64,000 bases of DNA from an uncultured Clostridia bacterium (GCA_944381135.1 CALWJY010000015.1:291453-355452); one strand, 5' to 3'. Counted from the stretch's first letter, positions 8,446-17,630 are shown. Numbers and translations: made by a program. The notes: generated by a model from the letters alone, not told the origin.

Positions 8446-9918
8446 ATGAGAAGATTTATTTTGGGTTTAGATGAAGGGACAACAAGTTTGAGGTCTTTTC
8501 TCTATGATGTTGACACGCACAAAATTGTGGACAAGGAAGGAAGAAATTTCAAACAGTTCTATCCAAAAAGCGGTTGGGTGGAACAGGATGCTGAAGAAAT
8601 TTTCCGAAAAATCCTTCAAACTTCAAAAATTGTTCTCAAACGCAACAATGTTTCAAAAGAAGAACTTTTGGGAATTGGCATAACCAACCAGCGCGAAACT
8701 GTTGTGGCGTGGGACAGAAAAACCGGAAAGCCAATCTGCCCTGCAATTGTGTGGCAGTGCCGAAGAACAACCAACATGATCAAAAGCATGCCACAAGTGA
8801 CAAAACAGAAAATCAAAGAAAAAACAGGCTTGATTGCCAATCCATACTTCAGCGCCTCAAAGATGAAGTGGATTATGGAAAATGTCAAAGAGGCACGCAC
8901 TCTTGCCAAAAAGAATGAATTGTGTTTTGGGACAATTGACAGTTTCCTTGCTTTCAGACTTTGTGGAAATCATGTGACAGACACCACAAACGCCAGCCGA
9001 ACTTGCCTTATGAACATCCAAACACTTGAATGGGATGACGAACTTTTGAAAATTTTTAAAATTCCAAAAAATTCACTGCCAAAAATCTTGCCTTGTGATG
9101 CAGATTTTGGCGTATCAAAAAAACTGCTTGGCTCGCACATTGTTGGCATGATTGGAGACCAACAGTCAAGCATGATTGGACAAGGTGCAATTGAAATTGG
9201 AAACAGCAAAGTGACTTTCGGAACGGGTGGTTTCATCCTGACAAACATAAATTCCTTGCAAAGCGTGCCAAACCTTTTGACAACTGTGGCAAGGACTCTT
9301 GGTGGCAAGACGGAATATGCCATTGAGGGAAGCATCTACAGCGCCTGCAGTGCGCTCAATTGGCTGGGCAAAATGAAAATGTTTGACGATGTTTCTGAAA
9401 CCTCAAAAATGGCAAGTTCACTCAAAGACAATGAGGGAGTCTATTTTGTGCCTGCATTCACAGGACTTGGTGCACCATATTGGAAAGATGATGTCCGCGC
9501 CGAAATTGTTGGCTTGACTTTTGACACAACTCCGAAACAAATTGTCCGCGCCTGTTTGGAAAGCATGGCCTACAACACCAAAGCGATTGTGGATGAAATG
9601 AAACTGAGTGGACAGCGCCTGAGAAAAATCAGTGTGGATGGCGGTGCAAGCAAAAATGACTTCCTTTTGCAATTTTTGGCAGACATGCTGGACCATGAGG
9701 TTGTCAAAAGTGTGGAAAGCGAAGCAACTGTGATGGGTGCAATCTATGTGGCAATGTTGTCGCTTGGACTTGTGGACAAAAAGCAAATCAAAGAATTGAC
9801 GCAAAGCAACAAAATCTTCGCTCCAAAAATGACGGACGGAGAAAGAAAGAGGTTGTATGACGGCTGGAAGAGAGCCGTGAAACTTTTAAAAGGAGAAGAA
9901 AATGGCAGAGGAAACTAA
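8446..9918 (+). CDS. glpK: glycerol kinase
   Basis: 'ILGLDEGTTSLRSF', 'GITNQRETVVAWD' and 'CFGTIDSFLAFRL' are FGGY/GlpK signatures, and the protein is the typical ~490 aa long. I trimmed the start to the ATG at 8446, which follows GGAGAA. Confidence 0.95.
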   Translation: MRRFILGLDEGTTSLRSFLYDVDTHKIVDKEGRNFKQFYPKSGWVEQDAEEIFRKILQTSKIVLKRNNVSKEELLGIGITNQRETVVAWDRKTGKPICPAIVWQCRRTTNMIKSMPQVTKQKIKEKTGLIANPYFSASKMKWIMENVKEARTLAKKNELCFGTIDSFLAFRLCGNHVTDTTNASRTCLMNIQTLEWDDELLKIFKIPKNSLPKILPCDADFGVSKKLLGSHIVGMIGDQQSSMIGQGAIEIGNSKVTFGTGGFILTNINSLQSVPNLLTTVARTLGGKTEYAIEGSIYSACSALNWLGKMKMFDDVSETSKMASSLKDNEGVYFVPAFTGLGAPYWKDDVRAEIVGLTFDTTPKQIVRACLESMAYNTKAIVDEMKLSGQRLRKISVDGGASKNDFLLQFLADMLDHEVVKSVESEATVMGAIYVAMLSLGLVDKKQIKELTQSNKIFAPKMTDGERKRLYDGWKRAVKLLKGEENGRGN

Positions 9919-11041
9919 AAAAGAAACTATAAAGAAAAAATCTGGAAACAGCAAAAAACAATCAACAAATGAAGAGAAATCTCAAAAAAGTGTAAAAAAT
10001 GAAGCAAAAACAACAAAAAAAGTTGAAAAAAATGCAAAAATCACAAAAAATGCTTCAAAATCTTCCAATCATGCAATTGAAAGCAAAAGCGCGAAAACAA
10101 CCAAAAGAAATCAAAAGAGCGCGGTTGAAAAAACAGAAACCGAAAAGCCTGTGCCATCTTCACCAAAGCACATCAAGGTTCTGGGCTTTCATGATTTGGA
10201 ACTTAACACCTATGTCTATGACAATGTGAAAAATCCAAAGGCTGTGGTGTTGATTGTTCATGGAATGCAAGAGCACATTTTGAGATATGCTCCTTTTGCT
10301 GAATTTTTGCAAAAAAATGGATATGTTGTTGTGATGAGCGACCTTCGTGGACACGGACACACAATGCAAACACCTGAAGAATATGGCAAAGGCGAAAAAG
10401 ACATCTTCACAGAAACCCTGAAAGACCAACTCAACCTCATTGAATTTGCTCATGACGAATTCAAGTTGCCACTCTACATTTTTGGACATTCCTATGGCTC
10501 AATGCTGACACAATTTCTTGTTCAACTGTCCCCAATTCCAGAAAAAGCCGTCATTTGTGGCACAACAAATGGAGACAGCGGAATTTTCAAACTTGGAAGT
10601 TTGGCTGTTGGAATGATGTCGCCATTTGAAATTCATGACAAACGCGGCGGACTTGCAGAGAAATTGTGCATAAAAAGTTTTGGCAAAAAATTTGAAAATG
10701 GCAATTGGCTGTCACGAGATGACAAGGTTTTTGAAGCATATCTCAAAGACGACCTTTGCGGCGGCTCTTTCCCGTTCAGTTTCTATCGCAGCATGATTAA
10801 AAACATGCGAAAAGCCAACAAGGGCATTGGAAAAATTGGCAACAAAAAACTTTTCCTCATTGCTGGCGACAAAGACCCTGTTGGAGAAAACGGAAAACAA
10901 GTCAAAAAACTCTATAAGACTTATCTTAAAAATAACATCAACGCAAGAATGAAACTCTATCCAAACGCCCGCCACGAACTTCTCAACGAAATCAACAAAG
11001 ATGAAGTCTATGCAGATGTTTTAAGTTTCTTTGACGAATAA
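9902..11041 (+). CDS. alpha/beta hydrolase (lysophospholipase / monoacylglycerol lipase-like) with ~88-aa Lys-rich N-terminal extension
   Basis: 'VVLIVHGMQEH' forms the oxyanion region and 'GHSYGS' is the nucleophile elbow. 'GDKDPV' and 'ARHELLNE' supply the Asp and His of the triad. An AAAGGAG SD precedes the start, which overlaps the glpK 3' end by 17 nt. Confidence 0.8.
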   Translation: MAEETKKETIKKKSGNSKKQSTNEEKSQKSVKNEAKTTKKVEKNAKITKNASKSSNHAIESKSAKTTKRNQKSAVEKTETEKPVPSSPKHIKVLGFHDLELNTYVYDNVKNPKAVVLIVHGMQEHILRYAPFAEFLQKNGYVVVMSDLRGHGHTMQTPEEYGKGEKDIFTETLKDQLNLIEFAHDEFKLPLYIFGHSYGSMLTQFLVQLSPIPEKAVICGTTNGDSGIFKLGSLAVGMMSPFEIHDKRGGLAEKLCIKSFGKKFENGNWLSRDDKVFEAYLKDDLCGGSFPFSFYRSMIKNMRKANKGIGKIGNKKLFLIAGDKDPVGENGKQVKKLYKTYLKNNINARMKLYPNARHELLNEINKDEVYADVLSFFDE

Positions 11042-11129
11042 AATGCGTTCGTATAACAAATTTAACATAAAAAACATTAAACACATCTTTAAACCTCTTC
11101 ATTTCCAATGTCTTGACATATAATATAAA

Positions 11130-11744
11130 ATGGAAAACATAATCTTCGATTTAGACGGCACACTTTGGGACACAACAGAAGCAGTCACAACTGCTTGGAA
11201 CAAAACCATAAAAAAATTCAATTTGGCAAAAAAATTTGAGAGACAAGAGATTGTCTCTCTGATGGGCAAAACATCTTCTGAATTGATGACCTATCTTCAA
11301 AATTCTCGCCAAATTGAAGATGAAAACTTTTTGAAATCTTGTCAAAATCAAGAAATTGAAGTTTTAAAACAATCTGGTGGAAGACTATATCCTAAAACAC
11401 TGCAAACTTTAAAATATCTCAGTGTCAAAAAGCACAATCTCTACATTATAAGCAATTGTCAAGAAAATTATATTGACATTTTTTTAGATTTTCACAATTG
11501 CAGACATTTGTTTTGTGGTTATGATTGTGCTGACTCTCGCTTTAAAAATAAAGAAGATTGCCTTTCTGAGCTTATTAAAATTCAAAAAATCAACAAGTTC
11601 TTTTATGTTGGCGACAGCGAAAGCGACCATATTGCTTGCAAAAATCTTGGTGGTTCTTTTATTTTTGCCAATTATGGATTTGGCATATCTAAAAGTTTTG
11701 ATTTTTTCATCCAAAACATTACTGATTTAAAAAGTTTGTTTTGA
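11130..11744 (+). CDS. HAD-superfamily hydrolase (phosphatase, PGP-like)
   Basis: 'IIFDLDGTLWDT' is HAD motif I (DxDxT). 'ISNCQ' matches motif II and 'VGDSESD' matches motif IV. Confidence 0.8.
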   Translation: MENIIFDLDGTLWDTTEAVTTAWNKTIKKFNLAKKFERQEIVSLMGKTSSELMTYLQNSRQIEDENFLKSCQNQEIEVLKQSGGRLYPKTLQTLKYLSVKKHNLYIISNCQENYIDIFLDFHNCRHLFCGYDCADSRFKNKEDCLSELIKIQKINKFFYVGDSESDHIACKNLGGSFIFANYGFGISKSFDFFIQNITDLKSLF

Positions 11745-12860
11745 CAAGTTGATGTATTTTTCAATCCACAAATTGATGTCATAACCTTCTTGCCATTTTT
11801 TTGATGGCTTTTTTTCTTCAAAACGGTTTTCATCAATCAATTCAATCAAAATGTTTGTCAATTCTTTTAAATTTGAAAACAAATGCGCTTGATCATTCTG
11901 TTGGGAAATCTCCTCAAAAGTTGGAATTTTTGAAAGAATTGTCACCTTTCCAAGCGACAGACCTTCCAAAGCAGAATATCCAAAGGTTTCAGACTTGCTT
12001 GGCACAACAATGCAATCCCCGACTTTAAATCCTTCATTTATGTCCTCAAATTTCACAAATTTCACATCAAGTTTTTTTGCGATTGCAAACACCTTAAGTT
12101 CTGTCGCATATTTTTCATATTGGACATCGATTCCTGTGAGAATTGTTTGAATTTTTGACTTTTTGACATCATCAAGCCCGGCACATGCTTTCAAAAAATA
12201 CTTCGGTCTTTTTTGAACAGGCTCCAATCTGCTTGGTAAGATAAATTTTATTTTTCTTGAATCTAAGCCGTATGTTTTCTCAATTTCGCGCTTTGGAATG
12301 CTACACTTCAATCTTGAAACATCAATGGCGTGTGGAATGCTGAACACATTTCTTTTAAGAACTCTTTTCCAATGTTGAAAATATGACTTTGACGGAACAA
12401 CAAATTTCATGCCCAAACTTGCTTGCCGTTTCATCATTTCAACTTGAAATTCAAACTCTTTCAAACTTGATGTGACACAAAATTCTGCACGATTTGAATG
12501 AATTGTGAAAATTCTGTTTTTGTTTTGCCAGCACTTCAAAAACAAGTGTGAATTTAATTGAAACACATCATATTTTGCCGCATCAATTTTGCTCTCCAAA
12601 AATTGAGCAACTTTATCGTAAGTTGCTTCTGACAACATATCTCCAAATATGGCTTTCAGTTTATATTCATCAATCTCGTCGCAAATGTTGAGAGAAATGA
12701 AGTTGATGCCTTTGTCAACATATGAATCTCCTGAAAGCATGTAAACATCCACTTCACACCTTTTGGTTTTTAAAGCATATGCTAAATCTTTCACATACCT
12801 TTCTGTTCCGCCAATTGATTTTGAACTTATTGTCCACGGATTTATGATTGCCCACCGCAT
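11727..12860 (-). CDS. glycosyltransferase family 4 (GT-B fold)
   Basis: The N-terminal 'GGTERYVKDL' and C-terminal 'VVPSKSETFGYSALEGLSLGK' are GT4 (EX7E-type) signatures. Confidence 0.8.
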   Translation of the reverse strand: MRWAIINPWTISSKSIGGTERYVKDLAYALKTKRCEVDVYMLSGDSYVDKGINFISLNICDEIDEYKLKAIFGDMLSEATYDKVAQFLESKIDAAKYDVFQLNSHLFLKCWQNKNRIFTIHSNRAEFCVTSSLKEFEFQVEMMKRQASLGMKFVVPSKSYFQHWKRVLKRNVFSIPHAIDVSRLKCSIPKREIEKTYGLDSRKIKFILPSRLEPVQKRPKYFLKACAGLDDVKKSKIQTILTGIDVQYEKYATELKVFAIAKKLDVKFVKFEDINEGFKVGDCIVVPSKSETFGYSALEGLSLGKVTILSKIPTFEEISQQNDQAHLFSNLKELTNILIELIDENRFEEKKPSKKWQEGYDINLWIEKYINLSKQTF

Positions 12861-12865
12861 TTTTC

Positions 12866-13885
12866 CTACCTCACATTTTGTTTTAAAACATTCATATAAT
12901 TTTGAACTGTATGTTTCGCAGAAAACTCATAAGCATTTTGGCTTAGCCTCATATATTCCTCTTCTGACAAATTGAAATTTCTGACAACATCATTTTTTTT
13001 AAACACCTTTCCAATTTGATGTTTTTTTACTTCTTCTGAAAAACTCAAAACATCTGTCATCAAAATTGGCTTACCCCTGCTTATTCCATCAATAAGCGAG
13101 TTTGGAACATCTTTGACAATTTGTTCTTGTAGAAAATAAACAACAAAGTCTGCAGAGTCAAAAATCTCAGTCAATTCCTGGTCATTCTTCACATCAACCA
13201 ATTTGACTTGCCTTTGCACATTTTTAAATTTAACATAGTCTGTAAATACCTTTGTTTGATTATCTCTCAACACAACAACCAAATTCAAATTTTTAAATTT
13301 CTCAAGGCAATCCACCAAATATAAAAGCCCTCTTGCTTGTGTTGAATCTGTTTCAACCGTATTGTTCCAACTTGCAAAAACAAGTGACACATTGTTAGGA
13401 GTGTATTTTTTCTGATTCTCTTGTCGAGAAAGCTTGGCTGGTGTGGGTGTGACAACAATCTTTTCAGGATTGAAGCCAAAATCGACCAGAATTTTTTTAT
13501 GTGATTCAAGCTCAACAAAAACTTTTTTAAGTTTTTTATATCCCATTAAATGTTCCATATATTCTTTGTAAGGCTTTCTATACATGGCAACGTAAACGTT
13601 TTTGTTGGACTTATTAAAAACATCCACCTTGAATTTGCAAGGCTCTTCCTCGAAAACCAATATATCTTCGTCTTCATTTGTCAAAACCGCCTCAGAAATC
13701 TTTTCGTTTAATTCTTCAGGCTCAAAAACAAAAATGTTGTCCCTCAAATCTTCCTCTTGCAAAGCCTTTTGCCCCATGAATCTTCTTGCGGAAATAATCT
13801 TTCCGCCCAAAGCCTTCAAAGCCGCCTCCATTTGATTTGAAACAGCCTCAATGTTCCTCTTAAAAAAGTCGTTTATGATAATCAA
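12866..13885 (-). CDS. putative GT-B-type glycosyltransferase (divergent)
   Basis: The C-terminal half 'FVVYFLQEQIVKDVPNSLIDGISRGKPILMTD' resembles the GT1/GT4 nucleotide-sugar-binding lobe. The TTG start forms a 4-nt overlap (TTGA) with the upstream stop and follows a GAGGAAG SD. Confidence 0.5.
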   Translation of the reverse strand: MIIINDFFKRNIEAVSNQMEAALKALGGKIISARRFMGQKALQEEDLRDNIFVFEPEELNEKISEAVLTNEDEDILVFEEEPCKFKVDVFNKSNKNVYVAMYRKPYKEYMEHLMGYKKLKKVFVELESHKKILVDFGFNPEKIVVTPTPAKLSRQENQKKYTPNNVSLVFASWNNTVETDSTQARGLLYLVDCLEKFKNLNLVVVLRDNQTKVFTDYVKFKNVQRQVKLVDVKNDQELTEIFDSADFVVYFLQEQIVKDVPNSLIDGISRGKPILMTDVLSFSEEVKKHQIGKVFKKNDVVRNFNLSEEEYMRLSQNAYEFSAKHTVQNYMNVLKQNVR

Positions 13886-14817
13886 CCCACTTCCTCTTCT
13901 TTTTTTACTAAATCAATAATTGTAAATCTGTCTGTTCTTGGTTTAACTTCTTTCAAAGCTTTGTTCAGCAAATCATCAGTTATTCCATATTTTTCATTCC
14001 ATTTTGCAACATCAAACAATTTTGCAATTTGTTCAATTTCCACATCAATGTTGTTTTGCAACTTTGACATAATCAAAATTCCATTAATTACAGCCAGGCC
14101 GTGTGGAAGATTTGGAATTTCTTTTTCCAGCAATTTTGCAAAAATGTGCTCCGAGCCACTTTCTGGCCTCCCAGAACCATGCTTGTTTGTGATTTCCCCT
14201 GAAATTCGAATCAATTTAAATTCTTTCCACAATTTGTTTTCCAAATTTTTATAGTTCTTTTTTATAAATCTTTCAGTTTTTTTCAAAAGTTTCATTGCAA
14301 CATCAAAATATTTTGTGAAAAGCTCTCCAATTTGCTGATTTGCAATTTTCCAATCAAACAGCGCAGTGTGTATTGACAAAACATCACACAGTCCCCAAAA
14401 ATTCATCTCCTGCGCCTTTGACAACAACTTCTCATCAAAAATCAACACATCAGGTTCTTTTGCATCAAGCGTGATTTTTTCACCATCAACAATCAAACAA
14501 GATTTGTTTGTTGAAAAGGCATTTGTCGAAAGCATTGACATAATCACTGTCAAGTGTTTATTCAACTTGAAAGCCATCTGCTTTGCAACATCAATAACGC
14601 TTCCTCCACCCACAGCAACAATTTCATCAAAGTCTTTGTGTTTCAAAATGAAATCTTCAATGTCCTTGACATTTTTCCCAATATTCTTGATGTTAAGCAT
14701 ACAATGTTTAGATATGTTAAATTTGACATTTGCAATTGAAGAATTTGAATAAACAATTAATGCGCGAGATTCAAGCGTTTCCAAAAATTTTTCTGCATTT
14801 GTTTTTCTTATTTGCAT
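13882..14817 (-). CDS. sn-glycerol-1-phosphate dehydrogenase-like / iron-containing alcohol dehydrogenase superfamily protein
   Basis: 'VAVGGGSVIDVAKQMA' is the GGGxxxD(x)xK nucleotide loop of the DHQS/Fe-ADH/G1PDH superfamily. 'SGSEHIFAKLLEKEIPNLPHG' gives a His-x14-His metal-ligand spacing similar to AraM/EgsA enzymes. At 311 aa the protein is shorter than typical AraM. Confidence 0.5.
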   Translation of the reverse strand: MQIRKTNAEKFLETLESRALIVYSNSSIANVKFNISKHCMLNIKNIGKNVKDIEDFILKHKDFDEIVAVGGGSVIDVAKQMAFKLNKHLTVIMSMLSTNAFSTNKSCLIVDGEKITLDAKEPDVLIFDEKLLSKAQEMNFWGLCDVLSIHTALFDWKIANQQIGELFTKYFDVAMKLLKKTERFIKKNYKNLENKLWKEFKLIRISGEITNKHGSGRPESGSEHIFAKLLEKEIPNLPHGLAVINGILIMSKLQNNIDVEIEQIAKLFDVAKWNEKYGITDDLLNKALKEVKPRTDRFTIIDLVKKEEEVG

Positions 14818-15338
14818 ACTCCATCACTTCCTTTGTTAAAACATCTTTCATGCCCATTTTCTTTGATTGTCCTGACCTCTTTGATTCTGTCTCTATTGTT
14901 TCTCACTGCGTTCAACAAAAACTTGTTTTCTGCTCCACAATCAGAAAAATGAACCAAAACATCAAGAACATAGTTGTCCATCATAGGAATGTATTTTTCT
15001 CTTATTGCATTCTTCAGCATCTTTGTTTGGACACAAAACTTATGCTGTTCTTCATAATCAAACAAGAATTCTGGATTGTCAACCGTGATTTTGAAAACTA
15101 AGATGTCTCCACATCCGCGCTCTTCCAACATTTTTGCTTTATATTTCGCATAATCGTCTGGCAACAAAGGATGATAGGCATCCTTAATAAAACGATATAA
15201 ATTGTCTCTTACATCCACTTCAATCAAAGATTCAACACGATATGTTTTGTCTATGTCGGAAATCAAATCTTTTGCAAAATCAAAATTCTTATTCCACAAA
15301 ACACCGTAAAAAGAAAATTTATCCACATCCACCTCCAA
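14808..15338 (-). CDS. hypothetical protein (first gene of glycosyltransferase operon)
   Basis: The ORF overlaps the downstream gene by 10 nt and I recognise no family. The start is ambiguous: either the TTG at 15338, or the GTG at 15326, which follows GGAGG. Confidence 0.45.
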   Translation of the reverse strand: MEVDVDKFSFYGVLWNKNFDFAKDLISDIDKTYRVESLIEVDVRDNLYRFIKDAYHPLLPDDYAKYKAKMLEERGCGDILVFKITVDNPEFLFDYEEQHKFCVQTKMLKNAIREKYIPMMDNYVLDVLVHFSDCGAENKFLLNAVRNNRDRIKEVRTIKENGHERCFNKGSDGVCK

Positions 15339-15355
15339 TAAAAATCCTTTGTGAC

Positions 15356-15364
15356 ATTATATCA
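15356..15364 (-). promoter_or_regulatory. extended -10 element TGATATAAT for the glycosyltransferase operon
   Basis: The minus strand reads TGATATAAT about 18 nt upstream of the ORF start. Confidence 0.45.
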
Positions 15365-15440
15365 TAAAATAAATAAAAAATCAACATCAACTGTTTGAAA
15401 ACATGTTTGGCACAAGAAAGTTGTGTTTCGCATTTAAATA

Positions 15441-15449
15441 TGATATAAT
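15441..15449 (+). promoter_or_regulatory. extended -10 element TGATATAAT for the CitC-like fusion gene
   Basis: The plus strand reads TGATATAAT 6 nt upstream of the GGAGG SD (15456-15460). Confidence 0.45.
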
Positions 15450-15462
15450 CTTTTTGGAGGGT

Positions 15463-17580
15463 ATGATGAATTTTATATTAAACAGTTTGAAAGATATAGA
15501 AAAAAATGTGATTGAAAAAAATAATGTTAAAATCAATCAAATTATTAAATCTCTTTTTAAAAATCCAAGTAGGATTTTCTATGTGACAAACAACAATAAA
15601 TTTTTTGGAGTCATCAACAAAAAAAGTGTTCTCTCGGCAAACCTTTCCAATCTTGAGAACATTGTTTGCAAAAACCATCCTGTTGTTGAACAATTGGACG
15701 ATGTTGAAACAGTCAAAAAAATTGCTCACATCAATCAAACACTAAACATTCCAATTGTAAAAAATCAAAAATTGATTGGAGAATATGAATTTAAACCGAC
15801 GCAAAGTCTCTTTTCTATGGACAAAAAACGATGGAACATTCTGTATGGCAAAAATGAAATTGTAAAAAATTTTATAAACTTCAAAAAATTTTCACAAATC
15901 ATTGTGATTGGTCCCTTTGCAAAAACTGTTGTCAAACACATCAAAAACAATTGCAAACACATTGATTGCACAGAGGGGAAAAACACATTCGATTCGTTTA
16001 AAGATTATATAAAATCAAATTGCACAATCATTGACACAAGTGAAGATGGAGAAATCAAAAAACAAATTCTCAATTTGTCCAAACTGACAAAATTCGCAAA
16101 TTTGAAATCTCAATATTTAACCTTGTATGATTTTTGCAATCTTGCAGAACTTTATGATTTTAAAACAAAGCAAATTCAAAGTTTTTTCTTTGTTTTCCCA
16201 GATGCCAACAAATTTAAAAATTTAAGTTTGCAAGAGCGATACAGAATTGCATTTGACAAACCATATAGGTTTTATTTTGAACACCGCAAGAACCCTGAAA
16301 TTCTGTCATTGATTAAAAATGTTTTTGGAGATTTATTTTCAGAGAAATTTCTTCAATCAAGAGATGAACTTTCTGGACTTGTTTTTCAAAATGGAATTTG
16401 CAAACTCACAGATTCGAGCAACGAGTTTTGCAAAGCATCAAACGGAACAAGGTTCACAACAGACAAAACTTCTTTCTATAAACACTCAATTTACACTTTT
16501 GGTGCTTGCTTTGTTTACGGCGCAATTGTTGACGACAAACACACTCTTGCAAGTTGCATGCAAAGGTTTGTAAATCAAGACGGAAAAGACTATGAACTGT
16601 TGAACTATGGCGCAAGAAATCTGTCAATTTTTGAATCTTTGAGAATTGCTCGGACATTGTTTCTGACAAAATTTGACAAGTTGATTTTTGTCATTTCAGA
16701 AGAAGAGTGCAAATTCATTCAAAAATTCGGATTTTCAAACATCTTTTTCTTGCAAGAATTTTTCGATTCAACAGAAATTCACGATTTTTTCTTGGACGAG
16801 CCAATTCATTGCAACCATATTTGCACAGAAAAAATTGCCAAATTCATATATGACAAACTTAAACCAAATTTGGTTGATAAACCAAAATTAAACAACACCA
16901 CTCCAATTCAAAAAGAAAATCTTTTCAAATCTTCTTTAAATCAAATGCAAGAGAATGTGGACGCTTACATCAAATATTTAAAGAAATTCAGAGTGGAAAA
17001 AGAAAATTGCTCAATCATTCTCACACATGCAAATCCTTTCACATTGGGGCATTATAAATTGGTGGAATATGCCTCCAAACATTCTGAACATGTCTTTGTT
17101 TCGGTTGCAGATGATGACAACTGGTTCAGTCCAAAGGACAGATATGAAATGGCATTTCAATCTTGCAAAAAACTTCCAAATGTCACCGTTTTCAGCGCAA
17201 GAGATGACTTGATTTCAAGCAAATTATATTTGCCAGGATATTTTGAAAGAGACGAAAATCCTCATGCCGCTGGGAACACTTCCGGATTGCTTGATTTCAT
17301 TGCAAATGTGTTGAAGCCTGCCTTAAACATCAAGGAAAGGTTTTTGGGCAGTGAGCCTTTTGACGCTTTCACGCAAAAAATGAATGAAGAAAGCGCAAAA
17401 ATTTTGCCACAATATGGCATAAAATCAACAGAAGTGCCAAGATTTGAAAATGCCAATGGCATCCCATACAGCGGAAAAATTGTGCGAAATGCACTGAAGC
17501 GTAAAGATTGGGACACAATCAGACAAATGGTCACTCCAGAAACTGAAAAAATCCTAAGAAAATATGCTGAGCTTATGTGA
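15463..17580 (+). CDS. large fusion protein: unknown ~530-aa N-terminal region plus C-terminal [citrate lyase] ligase (CitC)-like nucleotidyltransferase domain
   Basis: The C-terminal ~190 aa, 'ILTHANPFTLGHYKLVEYA ... RFLGSEPF ... IPYSGKIVRNAL', parallels the E. coli CitC C-domain (NPFTLGHRYL ... RFVGTEPF ... ISASRVR). The N-terminal part has a CBS-like stretch ('FYVTNNNKFFGVINKKSVL') and is otherwise unrecognised. The start is the ATG at 15463 or 15466, after GGAGG. Confidence 0.7.
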   Translation: MMNFILNSLKDIEKNVIEKNNVKINQIIKSLFKNPSRIFYVTNNNKFFGVINKKSVLSANLSNLENIVCKNHPVVEQLDDVETVKKIAHINQTLNIPIVKNQKLIGEYEFKPTQSLFSMDKKRWNILYGKNEIVKNFINFKKFSQIIVIGPFAKTVVKHIKNNCKHIDCTEGKNTFDSFKDYIKSNCTIIDTSEDGEIKKQILNLSKLTKFANLKSQYLTLYDFCNLAELYDFKTKQIQSFFFVFPDANKFKNLSLQERYRIAFDKPYRFYFEHRKNPEILSLIKNVFGDLFSEKFLQSRDELSGLVFQNGICKLTDSSNEFCKASNGTRFTTDKTSFYKHSIYTFGACFVYGAIVDDKHTLASCMQRFVNQDGKDYELLNYGARNLSIFESLRIARTLFLTKFDKLIFVISEEECKFIQKFGFSNIFFLQEFFDSTEIHDFFLDEPIHCNHICTEKIAKFIYDKLKPNLVDKPKLNNTTPIQKENLFKSSLNQMQENVDAYIKYLKKFRVEKENCSIILTHANPFTLGHYKLVEYASKHSEHVFVSVADDDNWFSPKDRYEMAFQSCKKLPNVTVFSARDDLISSKLYLPGYFERDENPHAAGNTSGLLDFIANVLKPALNIKERFLGSEPFDAFTQKMNEESAKILPQYGIKSTEVPRFENANGIPYSGKIVRNALKRKDWDTIRQMVTPETEKILRKYAELM

Positions 17581-17585
17581 AAGAC

Positions 17586-17615
17586 AAAAACATGGCAAAA
17601 ACTGCCATGTTTTTA
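17586..17615. terminator. bidirectional rho-independent terminator
   Basis: AAAAACATGGCA-aaaac-TGCCATGTTTTT is a perfect 8-bp stem flanked by A and T runs, between convergent genes. Confidence 0.65.
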
Positions 17616-17630
17616 AATTTCCGAAAAAGA

